NCBI GenBank assembly: GCA_963785305.1
Contig: CAWAUV010000007.1
Coordinates: forward strand, 1,056,001 to 1,120,000
Length of the DNA stretch: 64,000 nucleotides
Direction of reading: 5' to 3'
Source of the DNA: an uncultured Planctomycetaceae bacterium
GTDB lineage: Bacteria; Planctomycetota; Planctomycetia; Pirellulales; PALSA-1355
Numbering within the stretch: position 1 is the first letter of the stretch; every line of letters begins with the position of its first letter. A model generated the notes under the pieces. It was not told the DNA's origin, made no database searches, and saw nothing but the letters and a program-made list of their open reading frames with translations. Both the position numbers and the translations under genes were made by a program. Shown here one piece after another: positions 47,493-61,214 of this stretch.

Positions 47493-48714
47493 GTGCGGCA
47501 TCAAGCGTAAGAAATGGGGTTGCGGATTTCAAGGATTGATGAGAAACCTTCGGTAACAAGGAGGTGTCCCATGTACAAGAAGTACATCGTGCGGTTGTCC
47601 GATGAGGAGCGCGGCGTTTGCCGGGAGGTCGTCAAGAAGCTCAAGGGGTCGTCGCAAAAGGCACGCCGGGCGCGGATTCTGCTCAAGGCCGATGCCGCTG
47701 GGCCGGGGTGGCCGGATGCGAAGATCGCCGAGGCATTCGATTGCCGCGTGCAGACGATCGAGAATCTCCGCAAGCGGTTGGTCACGGAGGGCTTTGAGTT
47801 GGCCTTGGATGGCAAGAAGCGCCCGTCGCCGCCCACGCCGCCCAAGCTCGATGGCGAAGGTGAAGCGAAGCTGATCGCCATGCGGTTGGGCAAGCCGCCC
47901 GCGGGTTACGGACGCTGGACCTTGCAACTGCTCGCCGACGAACTGGTTGCCCTGGAGGTGGTCGATTCGATTAGTGACGAGACCGTCCGCAAGACGCTAA
48001 AAAAAACGGCATGACCAAGCGCAAGATCGAGTACTGGGTGATCCCGCCGGAGCAAGATGGCGAGTTCGTCGCCTGCATGGAAGAAGTGCTCGAAACCTAT
48101 GCCCAGGCGTACGATCCGCGGCAACCGGTGTTGTGCATGGACGAGCAACCGGTCCAGTTGCTCAAGGAAACACGGATGCCGATCCCGGCCACGAAGGAGC
48201 ACGGCCAGCGGGTCGATTACGAGTACGAGCGCAACGGCACAGCCAGCATCTTCATGTTCGCCGAGCCGCTCTCGGGATTCCGTCAGGCGACGGCTCGCGC
48301 CCGGCGGACCAAGGAAGACTGGGCGATCGAAGTCGCCGAACTACTGGACGGGCGCTATGCCGACTGCGCGAAAGTGACGCTGGTATGCGACAACCTCAAT
48401 ACCCACACCAAGGGAGCGTTTTACGAAGCGTTCGAAGCGGAACGTGCCCGTGGATACGTGCAACGGATCGACTTCTGCTACACGCCGAAGCACGGCAGTT
48501 GGCTGAATGTCGCTGAATGCGAGTTGAGCTGCCTGACCAGCCAGTGCCTTCGGGGCCGTCGCATCGGCGAGCTCAACGATCTGCAACGCGAAATCGGCAT
48601 CTGGTCCGACAAAACCAACGCCAAGCAGCGCGGCGTCGATTGGCAGTTCCGCATCGAAAATGCCCGCACGAAACTGAAACGCCTCTACCCACAAATCAAG
48701 ACTTGATGCCGCAC
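47493..48714 (+). mobile_element. IS630-family insertion sequence (complete)
   Basis: Perfect 13-bp TIRs GTGCGGCATCAAG / CTTGATGCCGCAC, flanked by duplicated TA (47491-47492 and 48715-48716). Confidence 0.95.
47571..48706 (+). CDS. IS630 transposase (OrfA 47571-48014 HTH + OrfB DDE, -1 frameshift)
   Basis: CMDE, CDNLNTH and YTPKHGSWLN.AE motifs; A8 run at 47999-48006 at the OrfA/OrfB junction. Confidence 0.93.
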
Positions 48715-48898
48715 TAGATTGAAATATTATCATGCGGGTTTGCCGCATACAAGCGCGAGGAACGCCAACCTCTCGGAATCCCGGAATTGTTTTCCAGCGG
48801 CCCGACGGGGCCGAATCGGCTCCCGGGAACCGCCCAACCGCCGAAACCCGCCCCGGCGGATCGCATTTCTCGCTTGTAGCAATTCGCCGGATCGGTTT

Positions 48899-50036
48899 CT
48901 ACGCTCGGGCCGTCATATGCTCCGCCGCGCGCCATTGGCCGCCTTCGCGGACCACGCGGTGATACAGCGTGTCGCGCTCCACCGGCTCGCAGCCGGCTTC
49001 CAAAATCAGCCGCCGGATCTCCTCGACGCTCAGCGCCTCGGGCGTGGTCGCGCCGGCGTCGTGGTAGATCAGTTCATGCCGCACGGTGCCATCGAGGTCG
49101 TCGGCGCCGTAGGCGAGCGCAGTCTGCGCCGTGCCGATGCCGAGCATAATCCAATAGGCTTTCACATGGTCGAAGTTGTCGAGCATCAGCCGGCTCACGG
49201 CCATCGTGCGCAGGTCCAACAGGCCCGAGGGCTTTTTCAAATGCTTGAGCCCGGTGTTGTCGGGATGAAACGCCAGCGGGATGAAAGTTTGGAAGCCGCC
49301 GGTTTCGTCTTGCGAGCGCGCGGAGGCGGAGCAGGTGGTCGACTCGGTGCAAGGCGTTTTCCAAGTGTCCATAGAGCATCGTGGCATTGGAGCGGAGCCC
49401 GCTTTCGTGGGCCGCGCGATGGATGTCGAGCCAGCGGTTCGAGTCGGCTTTGTGTTCGCAGATTTTGTCGCGCACATCGTCATGAAAGATTTCCGCTCCG
49501 CCGCCCGGGAGGCTGCCGACGCCGGCTTCCTTCAGGTCGGCGATGATTTCGCGCACCGGCTTGCTTGTGATGCGCGTGAACCAATCGATCTCGACCCCGG
49601 TCCAGGCCTTGAGATGCAGTCGCGGATAAGCTTCGTGCAGAATGCGAATCACATGCAGGTACCAGTCGTATTTCATTTTGTGATGCAAGCCGCCCACGAT
49701 GTGCATCTCGGTGGCGCCGATCTCGGTGGCCTCTTGGCCCCGGGCAAGGATTTGCTCGTCGCTCATCAGGTAGCCGCGCGGATCTTTGAGATCGGAGCGA
49801 AAGGCGCAGAACACGCAGCGATACACGCACACGTTCGTGGGATTCAAATGCGTGTTGATGTTGTAGTAGGCGACGCGGCCGTTCTTGCGCTCGCGCACCA
49901 AGTTGGCCAGTTCGCCCACGGCGCCGAGCGGAGTCTCGGGCCGATAGAGAAACAGTCCGTCGTCGAGCGTCAGCCGCTCGCCGGCTTCGACTTTGCCGCG
50001 AATCGATTCGAGTGTTGGTTCAGGAGCGCGAATCAT
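48899..50036 (-). CDS. mqnE: Aminofutalosine synthase, radical SAM (frameshift near 49320)
   Basis: [39 protein letters not shown] and GADDLDGT motifs. Confidence 0.92.
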
Positions 50037-50061
50037 GATAAGTTCCAAATCGAAAGAGCTG

Positions 50062-51099
50062 CTAGAATACAAACAAATCCAATGTGCCCAGCGCGAAGAG
50101 CCCCAGGCTCACCACGGCGTTGACATGAAAAAACGCTTGGTTCACACGGGCCAAGTCGTCGGGCCGAACGAGTGAGTGTTCATAAATGAGTAGTCCCGCC
50201 ACGCCCGCCACGGCTAAATAATAGACGAGACCAAACTCGGGATACACGCTCGGTAGCGCCGCGAGAGCCACGAGCATCCCAGCGTGGCAGAGCGCCGCCA
50301 GCCGCAGCGCTCCCGCCACTCCCCACCGGGCCGGAATACTATGCAGCCCGGTTATTCGATCGTGGTCGGCGTCTTGGCAAGCGTAGATCATGTCGAACCC
50401 GGCGGTCCAGAGAAGCACCGCCACGCCCAGCACCACGGCCGGCAAGAGATCGGCCGGCCGGGCCATGACTTCCGCCCCGCGCACGGCGATCCAGGCCGCC
50501 ACCGGCGCGAGCATGAGCGAAGCTCCCAGCCAAAAATGCGCCAGCGCCGTAAATCGCTTCGTCAAACTATAGCCGAGCAAAAACAGCAGCACCGGAACCG
50601 ACAAATAAAGCGGCAGCCGGTTCGGCAAGAATAAGAGAGTCGAGGCGATGAACCCCAGGGCGCAACACCCGGCGAACACGCCCACGGCGCCGACGCTCAA
50701 AATGCCGCGCGGAATATGCCGCCCGGCCGTCCGCGGATTCTCGGAATCGAAACGCCAATCGGCAATGCGGTTAAACGCCATCGCCGCGCTGCGGGCCGCG
50801 ACCATGCACAGCAAAATGCCCAATCCTTCGCGCCAGAGCGGCGTCGGGGGCGAAGCGACCGTCGCGGACGCGAGCGTATCCGATTCAAACGGCGCGACGA
50901 CGCGCAAACGCCACGCCATCGCCGCTGAAAGAAACGCGAAGGGCAGCGCGAACAAGGTGTGACTGAATCGAATCAGCTCCAAAATCCCCCGCAGCCTGCC
51001 GAAAAAGCCGAGCGGTGGAGTTTGGATCGTCGGCGCGTTGGGCGAGGCCGGCGCCGTGGGCAAAGATGTCGATGAACTGGCGTGCATACTTCGCTTCAT
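50062..51099 (-). CDS. UbiA-family prenyltransferase (MqnP-like)
   Basis: HTLFALPFA, AMAFNRIAD...D..NPRT..R and FDMIYACQD motifs. Confidence 0.92.
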   Translation of the reverse strand: MKRSMHASSSTSLPTAPASPNAPTIQTPPLGFFGRLRGILELIRFSHTLFALPFAFLSAAMAWRLRVVAPFESDTLASATVASPPTPLWREGLGILLCMVAARSAAMAFNRIADWRFDSENPRTAGRHIPRGILSVGAVGVFAGCCALGFIASTLLFLPNRLPLYLSVPVLLFLLGYSLTKRFTALAHFWLGASLMLAPVAAWIAVRGAEVMARPADLLPAVVLGVAVLLWTAGFDMIYACQDADHDRITGLHSIPARWGVAGALRLAALCHAGMLVALAALPSVYPEFGLVYYLAVAGVAGLLIYEHSLVRPDDLARVNQAFFHVNAVVSLGLFALGTLDLFVF

Positions 51100-51133
51100 G
51101 AAAACAAAGAGCGTTCCCGGCCGCTTGCGAATT

Positions 51134-51775
51134 TCAACTTCCCCAGCGCCGCATCAAACGATGTTCGATTTCGAACTGATCGCAAATCCTCGCCACCACG
51201 AAATCGACCAAATCGGCGATCGTCGTCGGCCCATGATAAAAACCGGGCATGGCCGGCAGCAAAATCGCTCCGGCCTCGGCGGCCCGTTGCATGTTGCCAA
51301 GCTGAATCAGCGAGAGCGGCGTCTCGCGCGGCACAAGCACCAGCTTGCGACGCTCCTTCAAGTGTACTTGGGCCGCGCGGTGAATCAGATTGTCGCCCGT
51401 GCCATGCACGATGGCGCCCAAAGTGCTTCCGGAACAGGGGCACACGATCATGCCGGCCGTGCGAAACGAGCCGCTGGCGATCGGCGCCATGAGATCGTCG
51501 TGGTGATGATAATGAATTCGGCCGGAGCCTTCGCCCATTGCCGGGCGCTCGTCGGTTGCCGGGCGATCGCTCGCCGCGCGTGGCAGGAGCCGGCGCGGGT
51601 CGAAATCAGCCAGATCGACCTCGAGGCCGAGCTCGTGGCTCAACACGAGTCCGGCCGAGCGGCTGATGCTCACATGCGTTTCGTAGCCGGCGACGACAAG
51701 CACTTCGAGCAGCCGTTGGGCATACGCCACGCCGCTCGCGCCGGTGATGCCGAGCACCATTGAGCGCGAGGTCAT
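51134..51775 (-). CDS. ubiX: Flavin prenyltransferase UbiX
   Basis: GITGASG, IASGS, PCS, LKERRKLVLVPRETP and PGFY motifs. Confidence 0.95.
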   Translation of the reverse strand: MTSRSMVLGITGASGVAYAQRLLEVLVVAGYETHVSISRSAGLVLSHELGLEVDLADFDPRRLLPRAASDRPATDERPAMGEGSGRIHYHHHDDLMAPIASGSFRTAGMIVCPCSGSTLGAIVHGTGDNLIHRAAQVHLKERRKLVLVPRETPLSLIQLGNMQRAAEAGAILLPAMPGFYHGPTTIADLVDFVVARICDQFEIEHRLMRRWGS

Positions 51776-52608
51776 TTGAGCCCCACATACAAAGTCGCGA
51801 CTCCAAACGAGAGCGGCCAGAACCGCACTTCGCGGAGTCCCGCCTCGCGAAACAGGTCGGCCAGCGCCTGACCATGGGGAAATTGCCCCACGCTCTCTGG
51901 CAAATAGTTGTAAGCCGCCTGACGATTGCGGCCGAGCGCTTGGCCGATCCTCGGCAGGATATTGCGGAAGTACCAGAGGTAGAGCGCCCGCAGCGGCGCC
52001 CAACCGGGCAGCGAAAACTCGAGCACCACGAGCCGCCCGTCTTGGGCCAACACGCGGGCCATCTCGGCGATGCCCCGGCGGGTATCGCTCACATTTCTGA
52101 GGCCGAACGCCACGGAGACGATCTGAAAATGCTCGTCGGGAAAGGGCAGGTGTTCCGTGTCGGCCTCGACAAATCGCACCCCGGCCGCTGGCTCGCGATC
52201 CACCCCCCGTTCGCAACTTGCCGACCCGCTCGACGCGTCGCCGGATTCGCGGGCCGTGAAGTCATCGCCGGGGCTGGCGGCGCCGGCTCGAACCGCCTTG
52301 GCCAGCCCGCGAACCAGCATCGGATAGCAAAAATCGGCGGCGACCACCGGAGTGCGGCCGCGGCCCCGTTTCCAATACGCGATCGCCAGATCACCGGTGC
52401 CGGTGCATACATCGAGCACCGGCGCCGGGCCCACGGGCGGCGCTTTGCGCACCGTGAGCCAGCGCCAGTAATAGTCCGTGCCGGCCGAAAGCAGGTGATT
52501 CAATAAATCATACCGCGGGGCGATTTCGGCGAACATCTGCCGCACGCGGGCCGAGGATTTGTCGACCGGCGCCGCGCGCTCGTCGAGTGTCAGTGTTTCA
52601 TCGGGCAT
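51772..52608 (-). CDS. menG: Demethylmenaquinone methyltransferase (UbiE/MenG)
   Basis: MFAEIAPRYDLLNHLLS, LDVCTGTGD, AFGLRNV and AYNYLPES motifs. Confidence 0.92.
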   Translation of the reverse strand: MPDETLTLDERAAPVDKSSARVRQMFAEIAPRYDLLNHLLSAGTDYYWRWLTVRKAPPVGPAPVLDVCTGTGDLAIAYWKRGRGRTPVVAADFCYPMLVRGLAKAVRAGAASPGDDFTARESGDASSGSASCERGVDREPAAGVRFVEADTEHLPFPDEHFQIVSVAFGLRNVSDTRRGIAEMARVLAQDGRLVVLEFSLPGWAPLRALYLWYFRNILPRIGQALGRNRQAAYNYLPESVGQFPHGQALADLFREAGLREVRFWPLSFGVATLYVGLK

Positions 52609-52742
52609 GAGCAATCGGTGTCCCTCGAACACGGTCCGAGCCGCCGCCGCGACCGATCGAGAATCCTCTCGATCGGTCGGGCCGCCGTTTTTCACGATCG
52701 GGCCGCGCTCCTTAAGAAGCAACTGTGTTTCAATCGTTGATC

Positions 52743-54365
52743 TTAACCGAATTGCGGGCCGTTTTTCAGGGGTTCCAGGCGCGGCAACCCGTATTCGGCC
52801 CAGCGGCGGCTTACCGTTGCTTCGATTTCGGCCGGCCGGGTCAGCCGCGCGGGCCAATCGCGGTCGTGCTCCTGGGGCCATTTACTCGTGGCGTCGACCC
52901 CGATTCGCTCCACGAGACCGCCACCGGGCGCGGCGTGGTCGTGGTCGTCGCCGGCGCCGGTGTGGAAAAAAACATCGCGGCCCGGCGAGACATGGGCCGC
53001 CATGCGCGCGAGAACTTCGTCGGAATTTCGCAGATCAACATCGGCGTCGACGACCACCACCCACTTGGTCGTTTCGACTGGCCCTAGTCCCCATAGGGCG
53101 CTCGCGGCCCGCCGCGCCGCGCCGACCGATTGCTTGTGAATCGCGAGCACCGCCATTGCCCGATCGCCGCCCACCAGCGGCAGCGCCACATCGACCAGTT
53201 CGGGAACCACGGCCGCGAGCATCGGTCGCAGCAAGGCGCCGCGCATCGCCTGCACGACCGCGGCGTCGCCCGTTGGACGCCCGGAGCGCAAGTCGCCCAC
53301 GATTTCAAGCGGAAGCACCGGCCGGGCCCGATGGCTGATGGCGGTGACCTCGAACAGCCAGGGCTCGGGCCGAGGATCGCGATAATGTCCGGTCGCGGAA
53401 TCGGCTAGTCGCAAGACATCGCCCGCCGAGCGCGCCTCGCTTCCGCCCGCCGACGCGGTGTTCGACCCCGCGGCGCCGGGGACTTCGGTCATGATCGCTC
53501 GGGGACCGAAGAGCCCCTCGATCACCATTTCGGCGTCGGCCGGAACCATGAGCGGTTGGCTGCGCCGGGGTGACATCGTAGGCTTGGTTCCGCGGCATGG
53601 CGGCGAGCACGAAGGCATCGATGCCGGTCCAGTCGATCGCCGCCGCCAATAAGCCGGAGGGATCGCCGCCCAAGACAAACGCCGCCGGCGCCGGGGCGCG
53701 GAGCGAGGCGCCGCGCCATTGGCTCGCCAGATCGAGCGGAGAAAATGCGAGATGCTTGCGGTCGATCACCACGCCCCGAGCCCGGCGCATCACCACCGGC
53801 CCGGCGCCTTGGGCCGAGCCGGAATCGAAGGCCGCGCCCGAAGCGGCCTCGCCCAGCGACGCCGCGGCCAACAAACGGCCCGAGAGCGCGCGGCCGGATT
53901 CCTCGGGCCAGGAGCGCGCGGCCGGCAACAGCGTGAGGTCGACATCGCGCCCCAGTCGCACGGCCTGCTGACAGGCAGCTTGGCGAACGAGCTTGGGTCG
54001 AAATTTTTCGAGCGGCGCCAGATCGCTCGCGCCGCGCAGGCGATCGAGCCAACTCGGGCGCCGCCCGGCCGCGCGATGTTGGCCATGCGCTCGGCGAGGG
54101 CCGCAAACGACGCCACGCCCAGCGCTCGGCACGCGCGGGCTTCGGAGCCGAGCAGATTCGTGACCACCGCTATCGGTCCGAGCGCGGTCTCGGCCGGGGT
54201 CGGAGGAAAGCCGCCATCGAACACGAGCGCCGGCCCGCCGACAGCGGCGACTCTCCGCGTGATCTCGGCCAGTTCCAAGTCCAAGCTGACCGGCGCGGTC
54301 ACCCTTAGTAGCTCGCCGGCGGCAAGCAGCTCTTCCAGAAACTCGCTCAAACCCGAATATGCCAT
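52743..54365 (-). CDS. Divergent UbiD-like protein lacking catalytic motifs (frameshifted)
   Basis: MAYSGLSEFLEEL..GEL, GGPALVF, VPADAEMVIEG, VVVDADVD and GVDATSK motifs are present; EGPFG is absent. Confidence 0.8.
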
Positions 54366-54503
54366 CGCGGCATTCTACCGGCGCCGCGGCTCGGTCGGCT
54401 ATCGCGGGCGAGAAAAAGGCGGCGATTCAACGCGGACCGCATCTCGTCGCACGCCGCTCAAGGCGGTTCGCGGGCGTCCGCGCGTGCGAGGGTTCGAGCG
54501 TCG

Positions 54504-56204
54504 TCACTCGACTTTTGCTTGCAAAGCAAACAGAAGTTCGCGGGCCGCGGCCGCCGGGTCGACCGCTCGAGTCACGGCGCCGCTTACCGCCACGCGCCGC
54601 AAGCCGGCCGCGATCACCTGATCGATGTTTCCCAAATCGACGCCGCCGATCGCGAACGCCGGCAGCGCTACCGAGCGCGACACGCTCCGCGTCAGCTCGA
54701 GTCCCGGAAATTCCGCGAACTGCTTGGTGCTCGAGGGAAACGTCGGCCCCACGCCGATATAGTCGGCCTCGTCTTGCTCGGCCCGCAGCGCTTCCTCGAG
54801 CGAATGGGTCGACACGCCGACGAGCGCCTCGACGCCGACAATCGCTCGGGCCTCGGCCACGCTCAATTCGTCTTGCCCCACATGCACGCCATCGGCTTCG
54901 GCTAGCGCGGCCAGATCGGCCCGATCGTTCATTATGAATAGCGTGCGACTGCCGCGCGTCGCCGCGCAGCTCGCGAGCGCGGGCAAGCAGCTCGCGATCC
55001 CCCAGCGACTTGTCGCGAAGCTGAATGATGTCGACCTCGGCCTCGATCAGCGCGGCAATCCGGGCATGGAAGCTCGCCGCCGATCCCTCGCCATCGACGA
55101 GCACATACAGGCGGCTCTCGGCCAATCGGGCCGCGACCGAACGCGCCAACGCCAAATCCTGCTCGAGCACATAACCGCGATATCGCAGCGCCTCGAACTT
55201 CGCGCCGCGGCCGGAGCCACGGTCTTCGCGAACTCTTCAAGGCTTCGCAGCGATTGTTGGGCCCGCTTGCAGCTCGCCAGCGCCACGTCGCGCGCCGATG
55301 CGCGCGATTGCTCGGCGGCGGTCGTGAGCAAGGCGCCGACATCGCCGGGCACATTGCGGGCCGCCGACCGCGGCGGGGCCGGCAGGCTCATAAGCACCGC
55401 CGCGAGGTCGTGGCGCAACTGCTTGGCCTCGGCCGTCAACTGGCGATCGTCGAGCACGAATCGCACATAGTCTTCCACCACGCGCAATCCCTCGCCGGCC
55501 CGGTTGCCGGCCGCGTCGAGCACGCGCCATGTGGCGGAGCGTTCGCGCGGGGCGAGGGGCCGCGGGCGGTCGCGCGCGCCGCGCGTCGGCTCCGCCGCCG
55601 CGGGCGGCGCGGATTCACGCGGCGGCGCCTCGCCGGCTTCTTGCGGACCGACCGCTAGCTTCAGGGCGTCGCGATCCGAGGCCGAGGGAGCTTCGCCTGG
55701 CGGTTTTTCGAGCGGCGCGTCGTCGATAGGCAGCGGGCCGAGTTCGTGGCCGGCCAGGCGATGCACTTCGGCTTCGAGCCGCTCGCGGTCGAGCCCACGC
55801 TCGCGGAGCCAGTCGGCCATTTCACCGGGCGCGCCGACCAGTCCCAGCACCAAGTGTTCGGTGGCCAGCAGCACCGGTTGCTCGAATTCGATCAAGCAAT
55901 CGTAGGCAAATCCTATCGCCGCATGCACTTCGGGCGAGAACTGCTTGGCTCGGCCCGGGGCGCCTCCGGGGCGTTGGCACATTTGCGGCCAGTGTTCGAG
56001 CACTGCTCGATCGTCGATACCGGCCGCCGCCAGCAAGAGCGCGCCGCGACACTCCGGCTCGGCTAGAAGGCCGCGCAGCAAGTCGGGCGGATAAATTTCG
56101 TTGGAGCCTTCGCGGCTTTCCCAGACTTCGGCAAACTCGAAGGCTCGCTCGGCGCCGGGCGTAAACTGGCAATTCGGGTTCGAGTTGGACGCTAGTCGGT
56201 TCAT
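54504..56204 (-). CDS. thiE: Clp-N repeat + ThiD2-like + thiamine-phosphate synthase fusion (frameshifted)
   Basis: FTPGAERA..LLRGLL and FSPEV..TEHLVLGL Clp repeats; R.LDAA.NRA.EGLRVVED; QLRDK, NDR.DLA, GVHVGQDE, GVSTHS and FAIGG motifs. Confidence 0.88.
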
Positions 56205-56539
56205 GCTGGGAGGTTAAAACATGCCGGGCGAAGTTTTGCAAATGCTCTTTCGGCTCTGGCAAGGCCGCGCCTCGTCCACTGCCGGACCTGCAAAGGATAC
56301 GTCAATCCACCAATTTGGCCGAGGGGGCCGCAAGGCGGCGCCCGAGCGGCGATCTCGGGGTGGACGGGCATGATTTATCCTAAAGCCAAGCAGCACTTTA
56401 AGTTGCCTTGCTCGATTTCAAATCCGGAGCTAGAATTCCGAGGCAAGTCGGGCGAAACGCGCCGCCGTTCAAGGCATCGCGAATCGCTCGCCTGCATGTC
56501 CCTTCGGACCATTTGAATTTTACTGGGTTGGTGGAACCG

Positions 56540-57213
56540 ATGTCTCGCCCCGCTCATTCGCCGCGACTCGCACGGTGGCTGCTCTGGAGCTGGCCAGGCC
56601 TGGAAGCCCTTTGGCTCGAGGGCAGTTGGCGGGCGCTCGGGGTGGCGATCGGCTTTGGCGCCGTGCTCGACCTGCTGGGCGCGGCGACGTATGTGTGGTT
56701 CGAGTTGTTTTCCTCGGCGCAGCTTATCTTGGGCTGGGGCGGACTCGCGCTCGTGTGGGCGATGTCCGCCGCGATTTCCCGTCAGCAGCGGAAGCGAAAC
56801 AACGCCCGCCAAAGCGCCCCCGCCACTCAGGACTTGTTTCAAACGGCGATGACCGAATACTTAAGAGGGCACTGGTACGACGCCGAGGCTGCGGTGAGCC
56901 GGCTCGTGGCCAAGAACCCCAAGGATATCGAAGCCCGACTCCTGTGGGCCACGCTGCTGCGGCGGGCCGGTCGCGGTGTCGAGGCCCGCGCCCAACTCAA
57001 GCAACTCGAACGACTCGACGGCGCCGAACCTTGCGCGAGGAAATCGATCGCGAATGGCAGGCGCTGTCGCTTTTGGAAAGCGCCGCGCGGGATCGTGGCG
57101 CCGTGGACCTTGTCGCGGCTTCGCCGATCGCGGAAATCGAGCTGCCGGTGTCCCACGAAGCGCCCGCCGGGCTCGCGAGCGTCGCGGCTCCGGTCCGCGG
57201 CCGGGCAGCGTGA
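56540..57213 (+). CDS. Membrane protein with TPR (frameshift near 57030)
   Basis: WPGL..LW motif and TM helices, then YLRGHW..AE...NPKD.EARL. Confidence 0.7.
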
Positions 57214-57390
57214 GCGGCGGCTGACTTTTTTGGCTCTCGACGTATAGAATTACAACCATCGCAACCGATACACGGACCCAAGACACACCAACATTGGCGG
57301 GCCCTCCCCTTTTTCCCGAAGGCCCTTCCTTACTAGAGCGCCGCGAGCCTTGATGTTTCTCAAGGCTGCAAGCGCCCCACGGAGACCCCT

Positions 57391-59961
<2,571 letters not shown>

Positions 59962-59990
59962 GGCGGCAGCGAAGCATCGCAAGCCGCGCG

Positions 59991-60040
59991 ACCAACAAAC
60001 ACCAACAAACACCAACAAACACCAACAAACACCAACAAAA
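59991..60040. repeat. 10-bp tandem repeat ACCAACAAAC x5 (last copy imperfect)
   Basis: Directly visible in the clpC 3' region. Confidence 0.95.
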
Positions 60041-60041
60041 T

Positions 60042-60087
60042 CGCCGCCGCGAAAGAACTCTCTCTTTCGCGGCGGCGTTCTTTATTT
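60042..60087 (+). terminator. clpC terminator
   Basis: Perfect 15-bp stem CGCCGCCGCGAAAGA / TCTTTCGCGGCGGCG followed by a T-rich tail. Confidence 0.85.
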
Positions 60088-60313
60088 ATCGAGCATCGGG
60101 CCGAATCAGCGCGCCGAACATTCGAGGCTGCGACGGGCCTAACATTCTCACTGGCGGTCCTGGCCAGCGCATGGCATACGCCATGCGTTGCCCTCGGGAG
60201 GCGCACGCGCCGTCAAAATCCAATCGCGTCCGCTTATCCACGCCGCCGGCTGCACAAATGTCGCATAGCACCGAGACTTCGAGAAAGCGGCGCCGAGGAG
60301 CTGTCGAAAGTTT

Positions 60314-60342
60314 TTGACGTTCAGAGGCTGGATCGGTATTCT
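60314..60342 (+). promoter_or_regulatory. Sigma70 promoter, probably leaderless transcript
   Basis: TTGACG - 17 bp - TATTCT, then 6 nt to the ATG at 60349. Confidence 0.65.
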
Positions 60343-60348
60343 ATTGGC

Positions 60349-60618
60349 ATGAGCACAGCCGAAGATTCGCACCTGGCTTTCCACTGCGGCGCAGCGCCGA
60401 TTTTCGCGCTTTTGACGGTGGAGCAAACCCGGCGCCTCGCCGACCTGCAAGGAGATTCGGCTATTGCCGCGCGGCTGACCGAGTTGGCGGAGCGAGCCAA
60501 CGAAGGCGAATTATCCGCCGCCGAAGAGGCGGAATACGAAGCCTACATCGAAGCCAATAACCTGCTTGCGGTTTTGCAGGCCGGGGCTCGTTTCCGGCTT
60601 ACCCATCGCGAGCCATAA
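60349..60618 (+). CDS. Small helical protein, putative antitoxin partner of the HNH gene
   Basis: RL.ELAERANEGELS..E.AEY pattern; ends 3 bp upstream of the HNH gene. Confidence 0.7.
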   Translation: MSTAEDSHLAFHCGAAPIFALLTVEQTRRLADLQGDSAIAARLTELAERANEGELSAAEEAEYEAYIEANNLLAVLQAGARFRLTHREP

Positions 60619-60621
60619 GCG

Positions 60622-61011
60622 ATGGACGCCGCGCTCTGCGCCGCTGTTCGTGTACGAGCGGCGGAATGCTGCGAATTCTGCCAGCGGAGGCAAGCCGAAT
60701 CGCCGCTCGCGCCGCTCCAGATCGAACATGTCATTCCCCGGAAACACGGCGGAACTAATGATCTAGAGAATCTGGCATTGGCTTGCGCGGAATGCAATCC
60801 GCATAAGGGCAGCAATCTCACCGGCATCGATCCGGAAACCAACGAGGTCACACGTTTGTTCGATCCCCGTCGCGATCGTTGGATCGATCATTTCGCGTGG
60901 GCAGCGCCGCGGATCGTCGGCCTGACGGCGGTCGGCCGCGCCACCGTCCGAGTATTGGACTTCAACTCATCGGCAAGAATCATGGTCCGCCTGGCCACGC
61001 GGGCGAAATAA
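60622..61011 (+). CDS. HNH endonuclease
   Basis: CEFC...IEHVIPRKHGG....NLALACAECN..KG motif. Confidence 0.92.
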   Translation: MDAALCAAVRVRAAECCEFCQRRQAESPLAPLQIEHVIPRKHGGTNDLENLALACAECNPHKGSNLTGIDPETNEVTRLFDPRRDRWIDHFAWAAPRIVGLTAVGRATVRVLDFNSSARIMVRLATRAK

Positions 61012-61023
61012 TACGGGACGGAG

Positions 61024-61059
61024 AATAACAGGGGACAGGTCGGACCCGCCCCGTTTATT
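61024..61059. repeat. REP-like palindrome / bidirectional terminator
   Basis: AATAACAGGGGACAGGTC-G-GACCCGCCCCGTTTATT between convergent genes. Confidence 0.5.
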
Positions 61060-61214
61060 TGCTCCTGCGTTTGTTAAACGCCTATCCGAAAATCATCGGG
61101 GACCGACTCGTTCGGGGGCTCGCTCATATTGCGATGTCCCGTGAGCAAGATGTGCCTGCCCTTCTCTCCTTGAACGGTATTCGCCGACCGGCTCAATGCC
61201 GAGCGCCCGCCTGA

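Noticed and set aside
56204..56540. TPP riboswitch upstream of thiE, or CIRCE/CtsR boxes before clpC
   Set aside because: I found no matching consensus by eye.
59991..60040. Possible CRISPR array (also 3405-3449)
   Set aside because: These are head-to-tail repeats with no unique spacers, and there are no cas genes.
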